The notes beneath the pieces were generated by a model. That model ran no database searches. It worked only from the letters and a program-made list of their open reading frames with translations, and was not told the origin of the DNA. Shown one piece after another: positions 17,561-27,500 of a DNA stretch of 46,747 nt. A program made the position numbers and the translations under genes. This DNA comes from an uncultured Lachnospiraceae bacterium (GTDB lineage Bacteria > Bacillota > Clostridia > Lachnospirales > Lachnospiraceae): contig CANQEC010000001.1 of NCBI GenBank assembly GCA_947594335.1, positions 1 to 46,747 on the forward strand, in the 5' to 3' direction. Each line of letters opens with the position of its first letter. Within the stretch, counting starts at the first letter, position 1.

Positions 17561-17646
17561 GCACAGGCTCGTGTAAGGAAACCGGCTGCTGGCGCAGCAC
17601 ATGGGCCGCGCAGACGAGCAGGAGGAAAAGCCGCCTCCTACTCAGT
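17561..17646 (+). repeat. Dispersed two-hairpin repeat, copy B
   Basis: gcacaggctcgtgt-aaggaaaccg-gctgctggcgcagc-acatgggccgcgca-gacgagcaggaggaaaagccgcctcctactc. Confidence 0.85.
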
Positions 17647-17675
17647 CAAAGTATAGAAGGGTAAGAGGGGTACGG

Positions 17676-17840
17676 ATGATTAATTACGAAGAAGAACTGA
17701 AAAAATTCCATCCGAGCATGGATGTGAACGAGGCGGAAGACGCGATCTACAGCCGTGACTTTACAGATGTCACGGATATCCTCAAGGAGATGATCAAAGA
17801 GGAAAAGAAAAACAGAAGGCAGGGGAAAGGGATCGGATGA
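17676..17840 (+). CDS. Small acidic hypothetical protein (54 aa)
   Basis: GAGGGG RBS, MINYEEELKKFHPSMDV...; ATGA overlap with the next gene. Confidence 0.72.
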   Translation: MINYEEELKKFHPSMDVNEAEDAIYSRDFTDVTDILKEMIKEEKKNRRQGKGIG

Positions 17841-19555
17841 GATGTATTTACTGTAATACCCCTCTTTCTGCGATTGATTACTGTACGGGGTGCGGCGCTG
17901 ACATTACGCTCCAGAAGCGTATTGTGAGAGTATCCAATCTTCTGTACAATGAAGGGCTGGAAAAGGCCAGGGTCCGCGATGTTGAGGGGGCGATCGCGGC
18001 TCTGAAGAGAAGCCTGAAATTTAATAAAGAGAATATCGACGCGAGGAATCTGCTCGGTCTGTGCTACATGGAGACCGGGGAGGTGGTTTCCGCTCTCTGC
18101 GAATGGGTTGTCAGCAAAAACATGAAGCAGACCGACAACCTGGCGGATCATTATCTTGATCTGCTCCAGTCGAATAAAAACAAGCTGGATCTGATCAATC
18201 AGACGATACGCAAGTACAACCAGTCGGTGCTCTACTGCCGCCAGGACAATGAGGATATGGCGATCATCCAGCTCAAAAAGGTGATCAGCCAGAATCCGAA
18301 GTTTGTCAAGGCGTACCAGCTTCTGGCGCTTTTGTATATGAAAAGGCAGGAGTACGAGCGCGCCCGGAAGCTTCTTAAGAAAGCGGCTTACATTGACAAG
18401 ACAAATACGACGACGCTTCGTTATCTGCAGGAGATAGAGGAGGCGACCGGAAAGGGCACGAACCTCGAGAAGCGCCGGCGCCACCCCGAGAAGGAAGAGG
18501 AGGAGGTTTCCGGTACGCTGCGCTATATGAGCGGCACGGAGATGATCATTCAGCCGACCACGTTCCGGGACAGCTCCACGATTGCGACGTTTATCAATAT
18601 CATTCTGGGCATGCTTCTCGGAGGAGCCGTCGTATGGTTTCTGATCGTGCCGGCAAGCAGGCAGAATACGAATGACGCGGCAAACCGCATGGTAAATGAC
18701 GCAAATACAAAGCTCGCGTCCGAATCGGTGCGGGTGCAGGAACTGGAGGACGAGATCTCCGGGTATCTGCAGCAGGTGGACGACGCGAATCAGGAGCGCG
18801 ACGACGCCAATGACAGGGCGAAGAGCTACGATGATCTTCTGGCCGTCGCCAATACCTTTATCACAGGGGATGAATCGACCGCGGCCGGGATGGTGACCAG
18901 TCTGGACGGGGAAGCGTTTGAGGACAACGCGCTGACGCTGTACAACAGTCTGCTGGGCGCGGTGCAGAGCAATTTGTTCCTGCAGTATTTTAATTCGGGG
19001 ACGACGGCTTACGCCCAGAACGACTACAATTCCGCGGTGACGCAGCTTACGGCGGCAGTGGAAGCGGATCCGCAGAGACAGCAGGACAAGCACAGGGACG
19101 CGCTCTGGTATCTGGCATACGCTTATTATAATCTGGGCAATCAGTCGAAGGCGGCTGAGGTGTTCGGCCAGGTCGCGGAATATTATCCGCAGTCCGAGTA
19201 CGGAAAGCTGGCGAAACAGTATCTCGATACGTGGGGGATTTCCGCGGGTTCTTCCGGCGCGGCGCCGCAGGACGCGGACGCGGCGGCCATGAGCGGACTC
19301 GGAGCCGATGCCCCGCAGCAGCCCGTTCCGTCGGGCGGAGAAGGAGAGAACCCTTCGCCGGAAGGCGTCGGGACAGGCGGAGGAGAAAATCCTTCGCCGG
19401 GAGATGCCGGGACCGGGGACGGAACAGGCGGACAGAATACGGGAAGCGGATACGGGGACGGAACCTGGGATATGTCGGATGTCGCGTGGACGGATCCGAA
19501 CACAGGACTGATGTACGATATGTATGGAAATATGCTGCCGGGTCAGCAGCAGTGA
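17837..19555 (+). CDS. Zinc-ribbon + TPR membrane protein with coiled coil, outer TPR and Gly/Pro-rich tail
   Basis: CxxC-x9-CxxC at the N-terminus; TPRs (ARNLLGLCY, AYQLLALLY); one TM (FINIILGMLLGGAVVWFLI); 'ALWYLAYAYY...YYPQS'. Confidence 0.85.
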   Translation: MRCIYCNTPLSAIDYCTGCGADITLQKRIVRVSNLLYNEGLEKARVRDVEGAIAALKRSLKFNKENIDARNLLGLCYMETGEVVSALCEWVVSKNMKQTDNLADHYLDLLQSNKNKLDLINQTIRKYNQSVLYCRQDNEDMAIIQLKKVISQNPKFVKAYQLLALLYMKRQEYERARKLLKKAAYIDKTNTTTLRYLQEIEEATGKGTNLEKRRRHPEKEEEEVSGTLRYMSGTEMIIQPTTFRDSSTIATFINIILGMLLGGAVVWFLIVPASRQNTNDAANRMVNDANTKLASESVRVQELEDEISGYLQQVDDANQERDDANDRAKSYDDLLAVANTFITGDESTAAGMVTSLDGEAFEDNALTLYNSLLGAVQSNLFLQYFNSGTTAYAQNDYNSAVTQLTAAVEADPQRQQDKHRDALWYLAYAYYNLGNQSKAAEVFGQVAEYYPQSEYGKLAKQYLDTWGISAGSSGAAPQDADAAAMSGLGADAPQQPVPSGGEGENPSPEGVGTGGGENPSPGDAGTGDGTGGQNTGSGYGDGTWDMSDVAWTDPNTGLMYDMYGNMLPGQQQ

Positions 19556-19612
19556 CGCATTGTAAAAATGAAACCCTGATTTTGGCGGGCAGGAAATTTT
19601 GCGGGAAACTTC

Positions 19613-19663
19613 AAAGCAGGGGCACGATACCAGAGATAAAGAGGTACCGTGTCCCTGTTTTTT
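19613..19663 (+). terminator. Probable Rho-independent terminator
   Basis: aaagcaggggcacg...cgtgtccctgtttttt. Confidence 0.6.
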
Positions 19664-19725
19664 CGTATGCAGGGCCGCACGTACAGCGGGAATGAGAAGC
19701 AGACAAAGCAAGGGAGGATGCGGAT

Positions 19726-20079
19726 ATGGAATGTTTTGACGTGCGCGGGACAACATTGTTTGTGAAGCTGCCGCCGGAGATTGATCATCACAATGCGGAG
19801 GAGCTGCGAAAGGAGGCGGACAGGCTTCTGAAGAAAAGGCTGATCCGCCGGATGGTATTCGATTTTGAAAAGACTGTTTTCATGGACAGCTCGGGGATCG
19901 GAATGATCATGGGGCGGTACAAAATAATGCGCTTTATGGGCGGGGATGTGACCGCGGTGCATGTGAACGACAGGATGCGCAGGATTCTGAAGATGTCGGG
20001 AATCTGCAAGCTGATCGATATCTGTGATGAGGCGCCGGGGGCGCAGGATACAGAGCTCTCCGGTTCGCGCGGGCGGTGA
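19726..20079 (+). CDS. spoIIAA: Anti-sigma-F factor antagonist
   Basis: STAS domain 'EIDHHNA', phospho-Ser motif 'FMDSSGIG'; lies upstream of spoIIAB-sigF. Confidence 0.95.
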   Translation: MECFDVRGTTLFVKLPPEIDHHNAEELRKEADRLLKKRLIRRMVFDFEKTVFMDSSGIGMIMGRYKIMRFMGGDVTAVHVNDRMRRILKMSGICKLIDICDEAPGAQDTELSGSRGR

Positions 20080-20222
20080 ACGCTCCCGTGGGAAATACCG
20101 TTTTTTATGGCGGACGGCGCGGCGGACGGAATCTGCGGGCAGGCCGGGGATCTGCCCTGCCGGACATTAAGGGTCATGCCGCGTCAGGCGGGAGGCTGTG
20201 AGGAAATGGAGGGGAAAAGGAT

Positions 20223-20669
20223 ATGCAGCGAAACGAGATGAAACTGGAATTTGACAGCCGCTCATGCAACGAGGGGTTTGCGCGGGTTGCGGTCGCGGCG
20301 TTTATGACGCAGCTGAATCCGACGCTTGAGGAGGTGGCGGATGTAAAAACCGCCGTATCGGAGGCTGTAACAAACGCGATCATCCACGCGTATGAGGGCG
20401 ATGTGCGCAAGATTGAGATCGAATCCTGGATCGAGGGAGATCTCCTGACAGTCGCCGTCAGGGATACGGGCAGGGGAATTGCGGATATAAAGCGCGCGAT
20501 GGAGCCGATGTTTACGACGAAGGCGGAATGCGACCGCGCGGGCATGGGATTTGCCTTTATGGAAGCCTTTATGGATTCTCTCAGGGTGGAGTCTGAGCCG
20601 GGACGCGGGACATGTGTGACAATGACAAAGCATATCACAAGAGAACAAAACAAATATGAAAGGCAGTGA
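20223..20669 (+). CDS. spoIIAB: Anti-sigma-F factor kinase
   Basis: 'NEGFARVAVAAF', 'KTAVSEAVTNAIIHAY', 'RAGMGFAFME'. Confidence 0.96.
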   Translation: MQRNEMKLEFDSRSCNEGFARVAVAAFMTQLNPTLEEVADVKTAVSEAVTNAIIHAYEGDVRKIEIESWIEGDLLTVAVRDTGRGIADIKRAMEPMFTTKAECDRAGMGFAFMEAFMDSLRVESEPGRGTCVTMTKHITREQNKYERQ

Positions 20670-20677
20670 TCTGGCGG

Positions 20678-21397
20678 ATGGAACATACCCTTGCGTTGAT
20701 TCAGCGTGTACACGAAGGGGATAAAGATGCCAGAGAACAGATCGTGGAAGAAAACATGGGGCTGGTGTTCGCGATCGTCCGGCGCTTCCAGGGAAGAGGC
20801 TGCGAGAAGGAGGATCTGATACAGATCGGCTGTATCGGACTGCTGAAGGCGATTGACAATTTCAACAGCGGGTTTGACGTGCGCTTTTCGACATACGCTG
20901 TGCCGATGATAACAGGTGAGATCAAAAGATATCTGCGGGATAACGACGGAATGATCCATGTCAGCCGCATGCTCAGGGAATCTGCCGCGAAGGCTTACCG
21001 CGCGCGGGAACTGCTGGAGAAGAAGACAGGAACGGAGCCGACGATGGAGGAAATCTCCCGGGAGACAGGGATCTGCGTGGAGGATCTTGTGCTTGCGATG
21101 GAGGCGGTCGCTGACGTGGAATCCTTCAGCCAGACCGTCTACAGCGGAGACGGAACGCCGGTCCTTCTGGGAGACAGGCTGCCGGATCGTCAGGACAGAA
21201 ATGAGGAGCTTTTAAACCGCATGCTGCTGGCCCAGCTGCTGGAGCTTCTGGAAGAGAAGGAGCAGGAGATCATCCGGCTGCGCTATTTTGAGGATCAGAC
21301 GCAGGTACAGGTGGCCGGGCGGCTCGGCATGACGCAGGTGCAGGTATCGCGCGCGGAGAAAAGAATTCTGAAAAAGCTGCGGGAGGCAGGACGGTAA
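20678..21397 (+). CDS. sigF: Sporulation sigma factor F
   Basis: 'EDLIQIGCIGLLKAIDNF', 'FSTYAVPMITGEIKRYLRD', 'QVQVSRAEKRIL'; spoIIA operon position. Confidence 0.93.
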   Translation: MEHTLALIQRVHEGDKDAREQIVEENMGLVFAIVRRFQGRGCEKEDLIQIGCIGLLKAIDNFNSGFDVRFSTYAVPMITGEIKRYLRDNDGMIHVSRMLRESAAKAYRARELLEKKTGTEPTMEEISRETGICVEDLVLAMEAVADVESFSQTVYSGDGTPVLLGDRLPDRQDRNEELLNRMLLAQLLELLEEKEQEIIRLRYFEDQTQVQVAGRLGMTQVQVSRAEKRILKKLREAGR

Positions 21398-21448
21398 AAG
21401 GTGCGCAGGCCCAGGCATCAAAAAATTATTCAACCCGGACGAACGGCA

Positions 21449-21477
21449 TTGTATTTCCTGTTCAAATCTTTTATAAT
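21449..21477 (+). promoter_or_regulatory. Sigma-A promoter
   Basis: TTGTAT-17 bp-TATAAT. Confidence 0.65.
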
Positions 21478-21629
21478 GTGGTTGATCAGCAGAGATCAGT
21501 ATTTGTATATCAGGCCGGGATATGCCCGCTTTTGGACGGTGAGCGATGCCGCGTCAGCGGCGGGATTCAAATTTCGTCTGATATATTCTCTGCAAAGGAT
21601 ACAATGCATAAAGAGGGAGAAGAGAGACT

Positions 21630-22970
21630 ATGAAAAGAGCGCGCAAAATTATCGCGGGGCTGTTTGTTCTGGCGGTACTGATGATGTTTCCGTCCATCTC
21701 CGCACAGGCGTCTGTGACGAAGGCAAAGCCATATGAACTGAAGAATGTGACGAAGGCGGAGGAGCGGGCCGGAAAATGGGTGAAAAAGGACGGCCGCTTT
21801 TATTTCAGCCCCGCGGAAGGGGAACCGGTCGCGGACAGATGGATCACTCTGAACGACAGCGTGTATTATCTGGATGCCGAAGGATGCCGCACGACCGGCT
21901 GGATTTCCTTTAACGGGGAACGCTATTATATGGACAAGAACGGGAAGCTTCATAAGGGCTGGCTGAAAATGGACGGGGAAACGTACTACCTGAAAAAAAG
22001 CAGCGGCAAACTGGCAAGAGGCTTCTGCAAAATCGGGAAAGCGGTATATTTCTTTTCCCAGACCAGGGGCGCGATGCGGACAGGCTGGCGCACCATTGAC
22101 GGGAAACGGTATTATTTTGATTCCAAAACAGGGAAGATGGCGGTTTCCAAGTGGGTGAAAAAGGGAAGCAGCTATTATTATCTCAACGCCTCAGGCGTGC
22201 TGCAGAAATCCAAATGGGTGAAGGTGGGCGACAAAAAATATTACCTGGACAAAAAAGGCGCCAGGGTGACGGGGACAGTCAAGATCGGGAAGAAGACGTA
22301 CCATTTTGACGAGGAAGGAGTCTATAAGCCGTCCTGGCTTGGCAAAGTCATCAATCCGTCCAAACCGATGGTTGCCCTGACTTTTGACGACGGCCCAGGG
22401 AAGTATACGGAAAGACTGCTGAAATGCCTGAAGAAGTATAATGTAAAAGCAACCTTTTTCATGGTGGGATCCCGCGTCCCGCTCTACCCGAAGGCTGTGA
22501 AGCTCATGGCAAATTACGGCTGCGAGCTTGGGAATCACACGTATGATCACCCGTTTTTGACAAAGCTCTCCAAGGCGTCGATCAAGTCGCAGCTGTCGAA
22601 GACAAGCGCGAATATTAAGAAGGCATGCGGGGAGACTCCGACGCTGGTGAGGCTTCCTTACGGGGACGGGGCGTTCAGCAAAACGGTATTGTCCGTCATC
22701 GAGAAGCCTTCCATTTACTGGTCGATCGACACGAAGGATTACATGTATCTGGGCAATCCGCAGCATACGGTCGACGCGGTGGTGAAGCACGTAAAAAGCG
22801 GAGACATCGTCCTGATGCATGACATTCATTATTCCTCTGTGGTCGCCGCAGAGAAAATTATCCCGGCTCTGATCAAAAAGGGATATCAGCTCGTTACGGT
22901 AAGTGAACTTGCAAAATACAAAGGAAAGACCACTTTGAAAAACGGAAAAACGTACAAGGAATTTCGCTGA
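21630..22970 (+). CDS. Secreted polysaccharide (peptidoglycan) deacetylase, CE4/NodB, with cell-wall-binding repeats
   Basis: About 9 'GW..I.G..YY' choline/cell-wall-binding-type repeats; TFDDGP, HTYDH, RLPYG and LMHD motifs. Confidence 0.92.
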   Translation: MKRARKIIAGLFVLAVLMMFPSISAQASVTKAKPYELKNVTKAEERAGKWVKKDGRFYFSPAEGEPVADRWITLNDSVYYLDAEGCRTTGWISFNGERYYMDKNGKLHKGWLKMDGETYYLKKSSGKLARGFCKIGKAVYFFSQTRGAMRTGWRTIDGKRYYFDSKTGKMAVSKWVKKGSSYYYLNASGVLQKSKWVKVGDKKYYLDKKGARVTGTVKIGKKTYHFDEEGVYKPSWLGKVINPSKPMVALTFDDGPGKYTERLLKCLKKYNVKATFFMVGSRVPLYPKAVKLMANYGCELGNHTYDHPFLTKLSKASIKSQLSKTSANIKKACGETPTLVRLPYGDGAFSKTVLSVIEKPSIYWSIDTKDYMYLGNPQHTVDAVVKHVKSGDIVLMHDIHYSSVVAAEKIIPALIKKGYQLVTVSELAKYKGKTTLKNGKTYKEFR

Positions 22971-23024
22971 GCCGCGCACTGGGGACAGTGTTTTTGAAAA
23001 CAATGCGAAAGGGGGAGAATCATT

Positions 23025-23867
23025 TTGAGGGAGATTTTGGCAGAGGTAATTACGGAAACGGTGGAGCGGCTGTGTATCGAGGCGAACGAATATCTGCCGG
23101 AGGATATCAAATGCGCGATCCGCAGCTGCCGCGCGCGGGAGGACTGGCCGGTCGCGCAGAATGTTCTGGATCAGATTATTGAGAATTTTGAGATCGCGCA
23201 GAACCAGCAGATGCCCGTCTGCCAGGATACGGGAATGGCCTGCGTGTTTCTGGAAATCGGGCAGGACGTACATATTGCAGGCGGGGACCTGAGGGAAGCC
23301 GTGGATGAGGGCGTGCGGCGCGGGTATGAAAAGGGATATCTGCGCAAATCCGTTGTGGCAGATCCCGTGCGGCGCGGCAATACCGGGGACAATACGCCGG
23401 CGATGCTTTACACGGAGATTGTGCCGGGAGAGCAGATTAAGGTGACGGTCGGACCGAAGGGCTTTGGAAGCGAGAACATGAGCGCGATCCACATGCTCAA
23501 ACCGTCCGCCGGGCTGCAGGGGATCAAAGATTTTATCCTGGAGACAGTGGAGACGGCGGGACCGAACCCCTGTCCTCCGATGGTGGTCGGAGTCGGCATC
23601 GGCGGCACGTTTGACAAGGCGGCCCTGCTGGCAAAAAAGGCGCTGATGCGGCCTGTGGATTCCGAAAATCCGGATCCGTTTTATGCGGATCTTGAAAAGG
23701 AGATGCTTGAAAAGATCAATCAGCTTGGCATCGGCCCGCAGGGGTTCGGCGGCAGGACGACGGCGATCGGCCTCAACATTGAGACGATGCCGACGCATAT
23801 CGCCGGGATGCCCTGCGCGGTCAATATCAGCTGCCATGTGACGCGGCATAAGACAGAAATTATCTGA
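23025..23867 (+). CDS. Fe-S hydro-lyase alpha subunit (class I fumarate hydratase / tartrate dehydratase)
   Basis: PVCQDTG, KGFGSEN, NPCPP, THIA and SCH motifs; TTG start after GGGGAG. Confidence 0.93.
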   Translation: MREILAEVITETVERLCIEANEYLPEDIKCAIRSCRAREDWPVAQNVLDQIIENFEIAQNQQMPVCQDTGMACVFLEIGQDVHIAGGDLREAVDEGVRRGYEKGYLRKSVVADPVRRGNTGDNTPAMLYTEIVPGEQIKVTVGPKGFGSENMSAIHMLKPSAGLQGIKDFILETVETAGPNPCPPMVVGVGIGGTFDKAALLAKKALMRPVDSENPDPFYADLEKEMLEKINQLGIGPQGFGGRTTAIGLNIETMPTHIAGMPCAVNISCHVTRHKTEII

Positions 23868-23896
23868 AGATATCAGAGGAAGACGGGAGGATCCTT

Positions 23897-24466
23897 ATGG
23901 ATAAATATATCACGCTGCCGCTCACAAAAGAGCTGGCAGAAACGCTGCACGCCGGCGATACGGTTTATCTGACCGGCGAAATCTATACGTCGCGCGATGC
24001 GGGGCATAAGAGAATGTGCGAGGCACTCGCGCGCGGCGAAGAGCTTCCGTTTGATCCCAGGGACGCGACGATCTACTATGTCGGCCCGTCCCCGGCAAAG
24101 CCGAGACAGGTCATCGGCTCGGCAGGGCCTACGACGAGCGGACGGATGGATGCCTATGCGCCGACGATGATGTCCGTCGGGGCCCGCGGAATGATCGGGA
24201 AGGGTGCGCGCCTTCCTGAAGTCGTCGAGGCGATGAAAAAATACAAAGGCGTCTATTTTGGGGCGATCGGAGGGGCGGGCGCGCTGCTGGCCCGCTGCAT
24301 CAAAAAATGCGAGCTGATCGCTTACGAGGATCTCCAGGCGGAGGCGCTGCGCCGCCTGTATGTTGAAAACATGCCGCTGGTTGTGATCATCGACTGCGAG
24401 GGAAACAACCTGTACGAGACGGGAAGAGCGGCATATCTGGCCCGAACCAGACAGGAAAAACACTGA
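23897..24466 (+). CDS. Fe-S hydro-lyase beta subunit
   Basis: 'RDAGHKR', 'GPTTSGRMD', 'MIGKG', 'IGGAGAL'. Confidence 0.93.
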   Translation: MDKYITLPLTKELAETLHAGDTVYLTGEIYTSRDAGHKRMCEALARGEELPFDPRDATIYYVGPSPAKPRQVIGSAGPTTSGRMDAYAPTMMSVGARGMIGKGARLPEVVEAMKKYKGVYFGAIGGAGALLARCIKKCELIAYEDLQAEALRRLYVENMPLVVIIDCEGNNLYETGRAAYLARTRQEKH

Positions 24467-24474
24467 GTAAAAAC

Positions 24475-24503
24475 TTGTCATATCTTATTGTGTATGTTAA
24501 AAT
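24475..24503 (+). promoter_or_regulatory. Sigma-A promoter of purL
   Basis: TTGTCA-17 bp-TAAAAT with extended TG. Confidence 0.75.
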
Positions 24504-24567
24504 TGTTGCGTGCAGACAAAGATCAATACTGCCTTATAAACGAAAACGGATAACGGGAGGTTCTTGA

Positions 24568-27500
24568 ATGAGTAATGTGAGAAGAGTATATGTGGAGAAG
24601 AAGTCTGACTTTGCGGTCGCAGCGAAAGGGCTGACGCACGAAGTGAAGAGCTATCTTGGCGTGAATGGTCTTTCACAGATTCGCGTACTGATTCGTTATG
24701 ATGTTGAGAATATTTCAGATGAGGTTTACCAGGCTGCCTGCCGCACAGTGTTTGCGGAGCCGCCTGTCGATGATTTATATGAGGAGACGTTCCCGATGGG
24801 AGAGAAAGACCGGGCGTTTGCGGTCGAGTACCTGCCGGGACAGTTTGACCAGCGCGCGGATTCCGCGGTGCAGTGCGTGCGCTTTCTGAAGGAGGATGAG
24901 GAGCCGATCATCCGCTCGGCGACGACCTACGTGGTCTCGGGCGAGGTGACGGACGAGGAGTTTGAGGCGATCCGGAATCACTGCATCAATCCGGTCGATT
25001 CGAGAGAGGCCGGTTTTGAAAAGCCCGAAACGCTGGTGACAAAGTTTGATGAGCCGGCGGACGTGATCATTTTTGACGGGTTTACCGGCATGGAAGAAGG
25101 AAAACTTAAGGAGCTGTACCGTTCGCTGAACCTTGCGATGACGTTTAAGGATTTCCTTCATATTCAGAATTACTTTAAAAACGAGGAGAAGCGCGACCCG
25201 TCGATGACGGAGATCCGCGTGCTTGATACATACTGGAGCGACCACTGCCGTCACACGACATTTTCCACGGAACTTAAGGATGTGACATTTGCGGACGGCT
25301 ATTACAGAGCCCCGATTGAAGGTACCTATCAGAAATACCTGGCTGACCGCGCGGAGATTTACGGGGACCGGAAGGACAAGTTCGTCTGTCTGATGGATCT
25401 CGCGCTGATGGCCATGAAGAAGCTGAAAAAGGAAGGGAAGCTCCAGGATCAGGAGGAGTCCGACGAGATCAACGCGTGCAGCATCGTCGTTCCGGTCGAG
25501 GTGGACGGGAAGACGGAAGAATGGCTTGTGAATTTCAAGAACGAGACGCACAACCATCCGACCGAGATCGAGCCGTTCGGCGGCGCGGCGACCTGTCTTG
25601 GCGGCGCGATCCGCGATCCGCTCTCAGGCCGCACCTACGTTTACCAGGCCATGCGTGTGACCGGCGCGGCGGATCCGACGGTTTCCGTTAAGGATACGCT
25701 CAAAGGCAAGCTGCCGCAGAAGAAGCTGGTGCGCGAGGCGGCGCACGGCTACAGCTCCTATGGCAACCAGATCGGCCTTGCGACCGGTTATGTGAAGGAA
25801 ATCTATCATCCGTCCTATGTCGCGAAGCGCATGGAGATCGGCGCGGTCATGGGTGCGGCTCCGAGACGTGCGGTTATCCGCGAGAATTCCGATCCGGGCG
25901 ATATCATCATCCTGCTTGGCGGAAGAACGGGACGCGACGGCATCGGCGGCGCGACCGGTTCCTCGAAGGTACACACGGAGGCCTCGATCGAGGTCTGCGG
26001 CGCCGAGGTGCAGAAAGGCAACGCGCCGACGGAGCGCAAGATCCAGAGGCTGTTCCGCCGCGAGGAGGTCAGCAGGATCATTAAGAAATGCAACGATTTC
26101 GGCGCGGGCGGCGTCTCCGTGGCGATCGGAGAGCTTGCGCCGGGGCTTCACATAGATCTGGACAAGGTGCCGAAGAAATACGCTGGCCTCGACGGGACGG
26201 AGCTTGCGATCTCCGAATCCCAGGAGCGCATGGCGGTCGTCGTTGATCCGAAGGACGTAAAGGAGTTTATGGGTTACGCGGCCGAGGAGAATCTTGAGGC
26301 CGTCGAGGTGGCGGTCGTGACAAAAGAACCGCGGCTGGTTCTGTTCTGGAGAGATAAGGAGATCGTTAATATATCGCGTGCGTTCCTCGATACGAACGGC
26401 GCGCATCAGGAGACGTCCGCGGCGGTTGATATGCCGTCCGAGACGGAGAAGTATTTTGTGAGGGAAGAAGTGCCGGATGTCCGCGCGAAGTGGCTGGAGA
26501 CGCTCTCTGATCTGAACTGCTGTTCCCAGAAGGGACTTGTCGAGATGTTTGACAGTTCGATCGGAGCCGGTTCGGTGTTCATGCCGTACGGCGGGAAATA
26601 TCAGCTTACGGAGACGCAGACGATGGTCGCGAAGCTTCCGGTCATGGAAGGAAAGACGGACACGGTCACGATGATGAGCTATGGCTTTGATCCGTACCTC
26701 TCGAGCTGGAGCCCGTATCACGGCGCGCAGTACGCGGTGCTGGAGTCCGTGGCGAGGATCGTATCAAACGGCGGAGATTACCGGAAGATCCGCTTTACGT
26801 TCCAGGAGTATTTCCGCAGGATGACCGAGGATCCGCGGCGCTGGAGCCAGCCGGTGGCGGCGCTGCTCGGCGCGTATGAGGCGCAGATAAGGTTCGGTCT
26901 TCCGTCGATCGGCGGCAAGGACAGCATGTCGGGCAGTTTCAACGAGATCGACGTTCCGCCGACACTCGTATCCTTCGCGGTGGATATCGCCGACGGGAAG
27001 GAGATCATCACGCCGGAGCTCAAGCGTCCGGGCAGCAGGCTCGTGCTTGTGAAAGCGCCGAGGGATGCGTATGATCTTCCGGTTTACGATGAGATCATGG
27101 AGCAGTACGCGAAGTTCCGCGAGGATATCCTTGCGGGCCGGATCATCTCCGCGTATGCGCTGGACGGAAAAGGACTCGCGGCGGCAGTTTCGAAGATGGC
27201 GTTTGGCAACGGACTTGGATTTAAGATTGAGCATAACATAGATGAGCGCGATTTGTTTACGGCGGGCTTCGGAGATATCGTCGCCGAAGTGCCGGACGGA
27301 CAGGTCGGGAACCTGGCGGTCACCTACACGGTGGTCGGCGAGGTGACAGACAAGGGGTTATTTGAGTATAAGAATATGTCGATCCCGATCGATGAGGCGC
27401 TTGCGGCGTGGAAGGGGACGCTGGAGCGCGTGTTCCGCACGGATTCCGGGATCCCGACGGTTGGCGGCGGACTTGATCTGGATGGGAAGCCGGCAGCAGG

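Noticed and set aside
19589-19617. Sigma-H promoter for spoIIA (GCAGGAAATT...)
   Set aside because: The -10 GAAT is not matched and a terminator-like hairpin lies between it and spoIIAA; no clean Spo0A box was seen.
17747-19756. Long antisense ORFs (669 aa here; also 16069-17556, 22191-23849, 38723-40192, 25624-26721)
   Set aside because: These are shadows of well-supported genes caused by GC-biased codon usage; they have no motifs or RBS.
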